64,000 bases of DNA from Acutalibacteraceae bacterium (GCA_045656145.1 JAZOQP010000037.1:13257-77256); one strand, 5' to 3'; shown: positions 17,801-25,136, numbered from the stretch's first letter. Numbers and translations are program-made. The notes: generated from the letters alone by a model not told the origin.

Positions 17801-20800
17801 TCGTAACCATCGTACTGCCATTCATTATCGCCATACCAATCAAATATTTCTGGATCTCCATTGGATTCGAATGCAAGCTCGCCATCGCCATCTAAATCCA
17901 TATAATCAATAGGATTAATCTGTAAACGAGCAATAGGACCAACAGAGCCACGGCCTGATGAACCATAAGTAGTAGTTGATACAGCATCAGCCTCAACGAT
18001 AATATCACGGAAGGAGGTTACCAACTTACCGCTTTCGCTATTAGGATCGAGGAAGATAGTACCTGCACCCCAGTCGCCAAGCCAGAAGCCTTCTGCATTA
18101 GCTAAATCTTCAGTATACATGGCAACTATAGCTTTGTGGGATTCACTCCAACGAACGTTACTGTAAGAAGGACGAGATTCATCATAAACAGCATCGGACA
18201 TCCATTCACTATCCTTAGTGAAGAAGTATTCGCCGTAGCCGTTATACTCAAAGTCTTCAGATGAGAATTCTTTGTTGTAAATCTCAATCTTAGTATCTTT
18301 TTCTAATGCATAAACATAGAAGGTTGCGGTGTAATCGCCTGCAGTAGCAGTGATCGGATATAAATAGTCAGCTGTGAAGAGAGTGATGGTCTTATCGTTA
18401 TCACTAACAACAACGCCACCCTTTTCGCCTTCATAAGACCAAGTGATGTTCTTACCCTGAACAGCCTTGCCACCATCGAACTCGAAATAGAGCTCTTTGA
18501 GGTTAAGCACGGTGTTAACGCTCATCGGTAAAGCAGGATTGTTTGCAGGGATAACGCTGATATTTTCAGCAGTTGCCTTTAATTTAGCGAATAAATCGGT
18601 ATCGATATCAATTGTTACCTTGAAGTACTTAATATAAGCACGACCGATATTGTAAGAATACCAACCAACTGTACCTGCACCGGTTACAGCGCGAGCAGCA
18701 GCTACCTTAGAAGGATCAGAAGTGGTATCTTCGCTTAACTGGTAAACCTTGGTGTAATTTGCATCATCTCTATTCTTCTGCCAAACAGTTAAGTCATTGC
18801 CCTTGAAGGTCATCTTAGTGTTAACAGAGAATGTGCTCGGATTGTAACCAAAGCTTGAAGCACCGGCATAAGCATTGCCGCCGGAATAAATTATGGATGA
18901 ATTTGAGCTTGAGTAGAATAAGCCTTGAATACCTAAATAGGTATCGTTCTTATTGCTTAGAACACTACCCTTAACATTATATCTACCATAAATGTTGTAG
19001 TAAGTATCGTATCTGTCGCCCCATGAAAGCTGCAAGCTTGTTGCCTGAGTTTCAATGGTGTAATCAGCGAAGTTTGATACTAGCTTGCCATAAGCAGAAT
19101 CGGGGTTAAGTAATGCATAAGTATTGGTGTTGCCTGCAGAAAGGGAGATACCCTTCGAAGAATCATATGCAATTGAAGCATTACCTGATTCATTATATGC
19201 AATCCATGTGTCATTCTCACCGAAGTAGGTGGGAGTACCGGCCGCAATACCACTCTTTGTATCGGAAGATGAGAAGATATAGTTCATAAGAACATGCTGA
19301 TTATTTTCATCAGGTGTAATTACATATAATGTCTTCTCTTCGCCGCCGAATGAAGCGGTGATATCATATCTGCCTGCGGCAAATAATGTAATAGTATCGG
19401 TATCGTTATCAACTACAACTGAGTTATTGTTAGATGACCACTCAATAGAAGCACCTGAGAATACCTTGCCTGAATTGAATTCAAAGAAGATATCAGAAAC
19501 GCTAATCTTGGTTCCTGCTTCCATCGGGATAACAGGGTTGCCAGACTTAACAATTGTTAAATCAGAATTGATTTCGGGCTTCGAGAAGGTAGCAATTTCT
19601 TCATCAGTAAACTGAATTGTTACCTTAATATCTTTGAATACTAAACGAGTGTTATAGTCAGAAAGAGAGAGAGTACCAGCCTTGGTATCGCCAATCTTAG
19701 AAACCTGAGTATCATTTAATGTGATAGGAGCCTTAGCGCCATTCTTATAGATTTCAATGTTATCGCCAATAAGGCTTACTCTATAAGAATAGAATGTGTT
19801 TACAGCTGTATTCTTAGTGTCGTAGGTATAGAGGTTTTCAGTGCCTGAAACATTAAGTCTTGCCCAGTCAACACTCTGGCCACCCATACCGTTAAATCCA
19901 CCACCTGCATAGGTAGTAGCACCGGTAAGAGTTTCATTGTTTTCCCAGTTCATACGACCTACAAGTGAGAAGTCGTAAGATTTATCAGCAGCACCGAAGC
20001 TTGTTGAGAAAGCAATGTTAGCATCGATAATAACATCACGGAAAGATGATACTAATTTACCTGCATCACTAGAGGGCTTTAATACATAGCCGCAATAGAG
20101 GGCACCACCTGTTTGAACACCGCCGATAGAGTTCCAAGCTAAGTCGCCGGCACCGGAAACAAGTGTCCAATCACTATCAGCTACAAAGTTCTTAGTTGAA
20201 GTATCAACATCAGCCTCGGAGAAAGCGTGATAGTAGATTTCTCTTTGGTTATTAGAATCGGGTTCTAAAACATAGAATATCTTTTCTTCGCCATTAAATT
20301 CAGCGGTTACGGTGTAGATATCGCTGCCTAGAAGAGCAATAGCCTTATCAGCATCGGCTACCATTACACCGCCTGTTGTGTCTGTAGTAGACCAGGTAAT
20401 GTTCTTACCAAGAGCTACAGCGCCTGAATCGAAAGCAAAGAAGATATCAGAAACGTTAACCTTTTTACCAATAGTCATCGGAATAGCGGGCTTGGAAGCC
20501 GGAACGATAACTAGATCGGTTGTGATTGCGGGGTTAGAGAATTTAGCAATTTCTTCTTCTGTAAAGGAAATGCTTACCTTAATATACTGCATGTAAGCAC
20601 GACCGATATTGTAAGAATACCAACCAACTGTACCTGCACCGGTTACGCCGCGAGCAGCTGCTAACTTGGAAGCATCAGACTTGGTGTCTTCATTCATTTC
20701 ATATACCTTTGTATATTCAGAAGCACCCTTATTCTTCTGCCATGCAGTTAAATTGCTGCCCTCAACCTTAACCTTGGTATCAATAGCGTTGATAGCAGGA

Positions 20801-23800
20801 TCATATCCAAATCCTGAGCCTGCAGATAGTTTGCCGTTATTGCTATACTCAGCATAACCATAAGCAGTGGAGCAGAAGCAGCCTGCGAAACCTAAATAGG
20901 TATCATTAGCGGTGTTAATCTTCTCTCCTGCCATGTTATATCTGAGATAGTAAGTAAAGGTAGAATCTGAACGCTCATTCCAGTTAGGAGTCCAGTTAGA
21001 AGCGGAAGATTCAATTGTATAATCAGCAAAGCTTGATACTAGCTGACCATACGGAGATTCGGGGTTTAATAATGCATAAGAGTTAGTGTTTGCTGCAGAA
21101 AGGGATAAGCCCTTAGAAGCATCGAATGCGAATGAAGAAGCACTTGCAGAATAAGCTATCCATGTGTCGTCCTTACCAAAATAGGTAGGTGTGTCAGCAG
21201 GAATGCCTGTTAGAACATCATCTGCTGAGAAGGTATAGTTCATAAGAACATACTCATTGCTGCTATCGGGTTCTAATACATAGAATGTAGCTACATCATC
21301 GCCTAAAGTCGCGGTTAAAGGAAGAATGCTATTTGAAAGTAAAGCAATGGTCTTTTCGGTATCTTCAACGATAAGACCGCCTGTTTCATCGGTTGTAGAC
21401 CAAGTAATATTCTTACCAAGAGCTACCTTGCCTGAGGGGAACTGGAAGTAAATATCAGAGATATTAATCTTCTTACCAACAGTCATAGGAATAGCGGGTT
21501 TAGTGTTAGATACAACGAAGAGTTCGCTTGAAGCATCCTTAATAGCTTTAACAAGGTCTTCAGCAAATGCGATAGAAACCTTAGCATAGCCTAAAGGAGC
21601 GCGGTAGTTTTGACCTGAGAAAATACCAATTGTACCGCCCTTAGTATTGTTAAGAGCTTCCTGCTGGTCAGCAGTTAAATCCTGAGTTGTTTCAACAAAG
21701 CCTGCGCCTGTGTTGATGAAGGTTCTCATCGAGTTACCGATTAATTCAACCTTAACGGTTGAGAAAGCCTTCTGAGGAATGGTTAAGCCGAGGTCGGTAG
21801 AAGGACCGCCTACACCGTTTACCGAGTAAGAAATGTCGGTGTACTGGTTATACTGGTTAGAGCCTTCATTATTGGTTCTTGTGTAAGTAACTATTACATA
21901 AGACTCTCTGCCATCGGCAACGGTGTTATTAACAAAGTTTACTCTTGCAAGAGGACCTGCTATTTCGTTACCGCTCCAGTTAAAGTTACTGGGAAGAGCA
22001 TAGTTTACTTCAACGATTACGTTGCTAAACTGTGATACTAATTTACCACTTTCAGAATCGGGTCTTAAATAGAAGTAATCGGAAATGTTACCATAGTTAC
22101 CAATACCTGTTACACCATTATAAGATGTGCCGAGAGCGGATGCATCGGTATGGGTCCATTCGCTTTCTTCGGTGAACTGACCATCAACAAGGTCATTTTC
22201 AGAGAAGGTGTGGCTATAGATAACCTTTGTGTTATCGGCATCGGGCTCTAGAACATAGAAGTCCTTCTTCTCGCCCTTATATTCAGCTGTAATGGTGTAG
22301 ATGCCTGAAGCTGTTAATAAAACAGTTGTGCCCTCCACTGCAACTGCGCCGGAAGTATCAGCTGTTGACCAAGTAATATCCTTACCTGAAGCCACAAGGC
22401 CTGAATCAAAACCGAAGTAGATGTTTGATAAATCAGCCGTGGTCTTAGCAGCCATAGGAATAGCAGGGCTATCGGCTGAAACTAAAACTATATCAGAAAT
22501 GAGGTGATCATAAGCTGAAAGTTCATCAGCTGTGAACACTAATGTTACCTTAATATCTTTAAATACAAGACGGGTGTTATAGTCGGAAAGTGAAATGGTA
22601 CCGGTCTTGGTATCGCCTATCTTAGCCAACTGGTCATCACTTAAGGTGATGGGAGCTTCAACGCCATTCTTAGCAATCTTAATATCGTTGCCAATAAGGC
22701 TTACTCTGTAGCTATAGAAGGTATTGGTTGTTGTGTTCTTAGTATCATAAGTATAGAGGTTTTCAGTGCCTGAAACATTAAGTCTTGCCCAGTCAACAGT
22801 TTGACCGCCCGCACCGTTGAAGCCACCGCCTGCATAGGTGCTACCGTTAACACGACCAACGAGTGAGAAGTCAAAGGTCTTATCAGCTGCACCGAAGTTA
22901 GTTGAGAAGGCAATGTTTGCATCAATAATAACATCGCGGAAGGATGATACTAATTTACCAGCTTCGCTTTCGGGCTTTAATTGATAGCCGCAGTATAAAG
23001 CATTACCTGTCTGAACACCGCCGATAGAGTTCCAAGCTAAATTGCCTGCACCGCTAGTAAGTGTCCAAGCGCTATCGGCAACGAAATCGCCTGTAGCTGT
23101 ATCAACTTCTGACTCAGAGAATGCATGATAGTAAAGTTCTTTTGTTCCATCAGAATTGGGTTCAATAATATAAATTGTCTTAGGAGCATCAGCCTTTGCA
23201 TAAGCTGCGGTAATTTTATAGATACCGGGGGCGAACATTGTAACAGTTTTTGCTGTGTTATCAACTGCAACGCCTGTTTCCTCAGTAGACCAGGTGATGT
23301 CTGCACCGCGAGCTACTGCTCCGTTATCAAATTCAAAATAGATAGAGGATAAGTCAAGTTTCTTACCTGCTGTTAGAGGAATAGCAGGCTTGGAGGCTTC
23401 AACTATTAAAAGGTCGGATAAATATGCATCCATTACAGCGGCCTCTGCAGTAAGGTCGATAGTAACGGTAATAGATTTATTGTATTGACGAGACTGCTCG
23501 GCATTATCAATAGCAATAGTACCCTTAAGGTTAGCAATATCTTCGCCTTCACGAGCAACGCCATCATAAAGAACGGTGTATTCGCTCTGAGTTGCTAGCT
23601 TGATAGCATAAGTAATATTGTTACCATTAAAGGTTACTCTTACATTATTATCGGCTGTTGCGGTAGCAAAGGTCTTATCAGAAATCACTGTTCCCTCTCC
23701 GCCTGATACAACTGTAGAAAATGAAGTATAAGTAAAGTTGTTACCACCGGGGAGCTGAACACCTGCAAACTTTTCATCCTTAAGAACGAAGTTGTTTGAG

Positions 23801-24669
23801 GTTCCGTTATAGGTAGCGTTGATAAGAGAATACTTACCTAAAAGATAGAAATATCTTGAATTGGATGTTGCAGCATATCTGCCTGAATAGGTAAAGTCGA
23901 TAGTATAGTCTGCAAAAGCAGAAACTAATTTACCGCCCTTGGTTTCAGGCTTAAGATACATATAAGCTGCAGCATTGGTTGCAATACCAAGACCCTTGCC
24001 ATCTGTATATGTCCAGCTATTCTGTTGGGTAATCCAGTCAGGATTGGTATAGGTGAACTCTACGCCATCAGCTGTTGTATATGTTTTACCATAATACTTA
24101 GCATGAGCAGTATTGAACAATGCCCAATCGCTTGCAGGGTTACCTGCTACGTGAGTACTCTTATGAGCCGATAATGAACTGCTTGTTTCATCATTCGGGT
24201 TAGTAGACGGAGTATAGTTTACGCCATCAATAACCAAAGGCTCAATAGTTTTTAAATCATCAGCAGAGAAAGTGTAGTCATAAATAACTGCGCTACCGTT
24301 TGCTGCCGGTTCAATTATGTAAATAGTTTTTGTTTCGCCGTTTGCTGTGGCTTCGATAGCATAGATATCGGAACCTGCTACATCAACGGTCTTAGCGGTA
24401 TCATCAACACGTACACCGCCTGAAGTATCGGTTGTTGACCATGTGATATTAGCGCCGTTATAGGTGTCTCCACCAAACTGCACGTCAATCTTAGTAAGGT
24501 CGATAACCGTGCCCTGCTTTGCAGGAATTACGGGCTTATTGTTAACCACTGTGTAAACTGCAGCGTCAGCAAAAGCCGTGAAAGCTACTGAAAGCATTGA
24601 AACAAGCATTGCCACTGCAAGCAATACTGATAATGCTTTTTTGGTAACTCTCTTAATCGAGTTGTTCAT
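11866..24669 (-). CDS. Giant (4,267 aa) secreted modular protein: signal peptide, 9 x [Big_2-like Ig + LamG/DUF1080-like lectin fold], Flg_new-like repeat, beta-sandwich, right-handed beta-helix, SGNH/GDSL esterase, C-terminal beta-sandwich
   Basis: A single uninterrupted ORF with AGGAGG 8 nt before the ATG. The signal peptide is KKALSVLLAVAMLVSMLSVAFTAFA-DA. Nine modules open with a K-P-A-I-P-M..G....S.IYF.F......G..ITWST motif. See the sub-features below for the catalytic domains. Confidence 0.9.
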   Translation of the reverse strand: MNNSIKRVTKKALSVLLAVAMLVSMLSVAFTAFADAAVYTVVNNKPVIPAKQGTVIDLTKIDVQFGGDTYNGANITWSTTDTSGGVRVDDTAKTVDVAGSDIYAIEATANGETKTIYIIEPAANGSAVIYDYTFSADDLKTIEPLVIDGVNYTPSTNPNDETSSSLSAHKSTHVAGNPASDWALFNTAHAKYYGKTYTTADGVEFTYTNPDWITQQNSWTYTDGKGLGIATNAAAYMYLKPETKGGKLVSAFADYTIDFTYSGRYAATSNSRYFYLLGKYSLINATYNGTSNNFVLKDEKFAGVQLPGGNNFTYTSFSTVVSGGEGTVISDKTFATATADNNVRVTFNGNNITYAIKLATQSEYTVLYDGVAREGEDIANLKGTIAIDNAEQSRQYNKSITVTIDLTAEAAVMDAYLSDLLIVEASKPAIPLTAGKKLDLSSIYFEFDNGAVARGADITWSTEETGVAVDNTAKTVTMFAPGIYKITAAYAKADAPKTIYIIEPNSDGTKELYYHAFSESEVDTATGDFVADSAWTLTSGAGNLAWNSIGGVQTGNALYCGYQLKPESEAGKLVSSFRDVIIDANIAFSTNFGAADKTFDFSLVGRVNGSTYAGGGFNGAGGQTVDWARLNVSGTENLYTYDTKNTTTNTFYSYRVSLIGNDIKIAKNGVEAPITLSDDQLAKIGDTKTGTISLSDYNTRLVFKDIKVTLVFTADELSAYDHLISDIVLVSADSPAIPMAAKTTADLSNIYFGFDSGLVASGKDITWSTADTSGAVAVEGTTVLLTASGIYTITAEYKGEKKDFYVLEPDADNTKVIYSHTFSENDLVDGQFTEESEWTHTDASALGTSYNGVTGIGNYGNISDYFYLRPDSESGKLVSQFSNVIVEVNYALPSNFNWSGNEIAGPLARVNFVNNTVADGRESYVIVTYTRTNNEGSNQYNQYTDISYSVNGVGGPSTDLGLTIPQKAFSTVKVELIGNSMRTFINTGAGFVETTQDLTADQQEALNNTKGGTIGIFSGQNYRAPLGYAKVSIAFAEDLVKAIKDASSELFVVSNTKPAIPMTVGKKINISDIYFQFPSGKVALGKNITWSTTDETGGLIVEDTEKTIALLSNSILPLTATLGDDVATFYVLEPDSSNEYVLMNYTFSADDVLTGIPADTPTYFGKDDTWIAYSASASSFAFDASKGLSLSAANTNSYALLNPESPYGQLVSSFADYTIESSASNWTPNWNERSDSTFTYYLRYNMAGEKINTANDTYLGFAGCFCSTAYGYAEYSNNGKLSAGSGFGYDPAINAIDTKVKVEGSNLTAWQKNKGASEYTKVYEMNEDTKSDASKLAAARGVTGAGTVGWYSYNIGRAYMQYIKVSISFTEEEIAKFSNPAITTDLVIVPASKPAIPMTIGKKVNVSDIFFAFDSGAVALGKNITWSTTDTTGGVMVADADKAIALLGSDIYTVTAEFNGEEKIFYVLEPDSNNQREIYYHAFSEADVDTSTKNFVADSDWTLVSGAGDLAWNSIGGVQTGGALYCGYVLKPSSDAGKLVSSFRDVIIDANIAFSTSFGAADKSYDFSLVGRMNWENNETLTGATTYAGGGFNGMGGQSVDWARLNVSGTENLYTYDTKNTAVNTFYSYRVSLIGDNIEIYKNGAKAPITLNDTQVSKIGDTKAGTLSLSDYNTRLVFKDIKVTIQFTDEEIATFSKPEINSDLTIVKSGNPVIPMEAGTKISVSDIFFEFNSGKVFSGASIEWSSNNNSVVVDNDTDTITLFAAGRYDITASFGGEEKTLYVITPDENNQHVLMNYIFSSSDTKSGIAAGTPTYFGENDTWIAYNESGNASIAYDSSKGISLSAGNTNTYALLNPDSAYGKLVSNFADYTIETQATSLQLSWGDRYDTYYNIYGRYNVKGSVLSNKNDTYLGIQGLFYSSSNSSIIYSGGNAYAGASSFGYNPSTFSVNTKMTFKGNDLTVWQKNRDDANYTKVYQLSEDTTSDPSKVAAARAVTGAGTVGWYSYNIGRAYIKYFKVTIDIDTDLFAKLKATAENISVIPANNPALPMSVNTVLNLKELYFEFDGGKAVQGKNITWSYEGEKGGVVVSDNDKTITLFTADYLYPITATAGDYTATFYVYALEKDTKIEIYNKEFSSEDFEYNGYGEYFFTKDSEWMSDAVYDESRPSYSNVRWSESHKAIVAMYTEDLANAEGFWLGDWGAGTIFLDPNSESGKLVTSFRDIIVEADAVSTTTYGSSGRGSVGPIARLQINPIDYMDLDGDGELAFESNGDPEIFDWYGDNEWQYDGYDTPWSGKYGYNYDYDTGAYEEIRTIPVNRVASLWRIQGGGDNTAFTLDISTKNLEYVRPDDGMTVPTVPQNFKFYNPSNNNNKPAVSTQTLSVIGNTVTATLQGKEPAGELNTAVFTLTDAQNAALTETDAGTIGFHIDNQCRGGVRAIRAYITPTEAQKALVEKNSTKLQGVYTMKYSAPAMPMEVNYKLDLTNIYFELNENGILGKGSDLTFSVNNSLASVDNVTKTVTMLGEGVATLTVSNGDLSADYYLVTADENGEYVIYDHTFSGLDLSGGAFTEESEWATTFSSSLTINAHGIYGNAASAAAFYLREDSASGKMISRFADITTEFTGVVNGVVGRLFGSILRVDLGDNDAYDSTDSGLFFGVFPYASNSAAPNNASWMRLFYSGVRQDSDRHIMLKDQNGNDFIINNEGQTYTYRTTVNGANAAVSFKTVSHADPTDVRTSYKDLSGYPIPKALQKGGTAGFYTDSDARNINVSNFKAIITIDETLKQNIKNNSVKVNIIDSTKPAIPMNVGQTLDLKLLTLTADNGVLIDGATATWSLSDENAYVVLDTVDRAVIAYSSGYATLTATDSLGNSVNIYITIADSKGEYTIYYHKFSLNDLEIAADGNYVFTDASEWYGKSLSSGYADSEIKLGFNKSISADGYVMRGMTATNGNSTGWAMYVRPDSASGIKLSKFSDITLNTYLIPQANNANFYYNYTRLKINEDGTIGNNFNQMVRVGNSGAPATWVRVNKNNNSNGYIREIRNITTPAGENFAPTQFQGWYATYTVSGAENGSITYASKADYSDAITITHSPSGANISTADGASKDVAYDINRVDDSLISEGGTIGFGGGALAMISYDFVEVQITFTDAELAYYDQFKADNNSVKVQEFEDISKYRGEPYTAPDAPYGKVFAGWYTDANCTETLDPSVKSGKAYAKFVSNEVFSVKWQITDPADTFERVVNGKQRKDNSFDLRLVSTVDTTKYNRVGFTLERSDGKVAGFTTDTVYKKITGEQGTVVYDPTSFADISKYFITVNVTNFDWATWGNEFFTATTVFETKDGTIVYNTSNANTFKPSNDTQAIDLAEAEMYEKIKNNPDTLTANKVYYVSNSGADSYYAGTKSSPYKTLNYAMSKAKTYKDNNPSKTVAILLKRGDTFRESVLMGKDISIGAYGTGAKPKVYGSWDALTDSRISAQKIDYFQIDANDTKQAGLRLDKFTAPEGTELWSINLTNSELWGATKLDFGSIFFVEDEAEQNVIAADKKWFKAEENYRYDASLDDMVEAYDFFFDYNNKMVYVLLPEGKNLTDFAHVEIQNSGAVLYAQPNTGNSFDCDDSMSNISFQNLEIRYGNFGISVSEAHVDASNTTNPFTGHQNFKADGLEIGWIGGARQGDEGVYNSSAHGSYTRLGNGIEIWGGCENMVVENCYIYQVYDAAVTFQFNVRRNNGGYEDITTDYILYKDINISNNLLTDNVYNFEYFMSVDMEDSATIETYDYAKMQNISFSDNICRRAGGTADNEMWGLAYRPDKGVASHIKGGNTYGNHTILDENGDSTFVIENNIFDSAVNSALGVSASNEGGEPEFRNNIYVVANNEKFTVNNKSYEGKQFIKLFDKTGSLVTKATAGSVYASARTLSTWGGVEEIDNLANTNYKLKNGENINVGYLGGSVTAGTGADDASTQSWRALTTAYLTEKAAATGSLITETNAAWGGTGSSWGFFRMNEQLLKNDLDLVFVEFSINDVYAGLSKTQSALYMEGIIKKLREVNPYMDIVIVFITDEGHIGGADWDNKAAHKAVAEHYGIPTIDVGAALAKDMAETGKQWSDYSEDIVHPNADAYEIYAIEVAQSLDVLLTAEAPAGLVKHEVPTTDLVSNQATLTEIVTVDRIANVNGFEVRDNTFTTFVEEEFFGSAGSSFTYTFTGNSLGLFLSNLENAPGTVTFKATIDGKETVEKTFKGGDCRELPLVENLKNGTHTVKVEVVSGGEIAIGGILIAK
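12300..12880 (-). other. SGNH/GDSL-type hydrolase (esterase) domain of the giant protein
   Basis: Block I is VGYLGGSVTAGTG (Ser nucleophile), block II AAWGGTGS, block III VFVEFSINDV and block V DIVHPN (Asp/His). The order and spacing are typical of SGNH carbohydrate esterases. Confidence 0.75.
12950..14530 (-). other. Right-handed parallel beta-helix (pectate-lyase-fold) domain of the giant protein
   Basis: It starts VYYVSNSGADSYYAGTKSSPYKTLNYAMSKAK...ILLKRGDTFRES...GAYGTGAKPKVYGS. Later coils read NLEIRYGNFGISV, GIEIWGGCENMVVENCYIYQVYDAAVTFQ, INISNNLLTDNVYNFEYF and IENNIFD. It is clearly paralogous to the two lipoproteins at 34796-37970. Confidence 0.75.
15035..15200 (-). other. Listeria-Bacteroides (Flg_new)-like repeat within the giant protein
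   Basis: YRGEPYTAPDAPYGKVFAGWYTDANCTETLDPSVKSGKAYAKFV matches the F.GWYTD....F......YAKW pattern of that repeat family. Confidence 0.55.
15235..24545 (-). repeat. Array of nine ~310-425-aa Ig+lectin-like modules inside the giant gene
   Basis: On the minus strand the modules begin near 24540, 23395, 22475, 21505, 20495, 19540, 18545, 17270 and 16275. Each ends with a G-T-[IV]-G.......[FIV].[VI]..[IF] strand pair like the C-terminus of DUF1080/LamG domains. Examples are GGTIGIFSGQNYRAPLGYAKVSIAF and AGTVGWYSYNIGRAYMQYIKVSISF. Confidence 0.75.
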
Positions 24670-24710
24670 AAATTTATCCTCCTAATTATGATTAATTACG
24701 ATTTTTGTTT

Positions 24711-24881
24711 TTAACCCCAAGGATTATTGGGATTGCCTGTGCCATCACCGAAGCCATCGCCTGAATCAACTTCGGTATCAATGCCGCCGCCATCAGGTTC
24801 CACTTTCAATGATGTTACGATAACATCTTCAGAAAGGAATTTTACTATTTCCAATTCCGGTGTTACGTACAAACTTTTCAT
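24711..24881 (-). CDS. 56-aa acidic, Gly/Asp-rich small protein co-transcribed with the giant gene
   Basis: ATG 24879-24881 follows GGAGGTAGAGG. The product is MKSLYVTPELEIVKFLSEDVIVTSLKVEPDGGGIDTEVDSGDGFGDGTGNPNNPWG. No terminator lies in the 41-nt gap before the giant gene's RBS. Confidence 0.65.
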   Translation of the reverse strand: MKSLYVTPELEIVKFLSEDVIVTSLKVEPDGGGIDTEVDSGDGFGDGTGNPNNPWG

Positions 24882-24918
24882 TTCCTCTACCTCCAAAACT
24901 AAATAATGTTACAGTGTT

Positions 24919-24947
24919 ATCATATCATACCCTATTTTACCTTGCAA
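24919..24947 (-). promoter_or_regulatory. Putative promoter of the small-peptide/giant-gene transcription unit
   Basis: Minus strand TTGCAA (24942-24947), 17 nt, TATGAT (24919-24924), about 35 nt upstream of the peptide ATG. Confidence 0.4.
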
Positions 24948-25086
24948 GCAATAGATTTTCTCTTTAATGTTTCCCCTTTTTTTAGTGCCTAAAAGCAGTA
25001 CTATTTTAAGGTTTCAAAAAATATAGTTTTAGACCTTTTAACAAAAACTGTAAACCCTTTTGATATTAATTATTGAAATAATGCAA

Positions 25087-25117
25087 AAGGCAGAGTGGCT
25101 TTACTCCACCCTGCCTT
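25087..25117 (-). terminator. Probable terminator of the poly-Asn gene
   Basis: AAGGCAGAGTGG-ctttact-CCACCCTGCCTT (11/12 bp), 20 nt after the stop codon. The minus-strand T tract is short (TTTT). Confidence 0.5.
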
Positions 25118-25136
25118 TATATTATATATGTATTAA

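Noticed and set aside
12632-23352. About 20 short ORFs (60-100 aa) on both strands inside the giant gene.
   Set aside because: All are nested in or antisense to a 12.8-kb continuous ORF with coherent domain content. None has an RBS or a recognisable motif.
24711-24881. Possibility that the small peptide is a lasso-peptide (or other RRE-dependent RiPP) precursor, because of the YxxPxL motif (YVTPEL).
   Set aside because: No lasso cyclase (Asn-synthetase-like), leader peptidase, RRE/PqqD-like protein, radical SAM maturase or ABC exporter is adjacent. The putative core lacks the usual Gly1/Asp-Glu7-9 arrangement. It is kept only as an unexplained small ORF.
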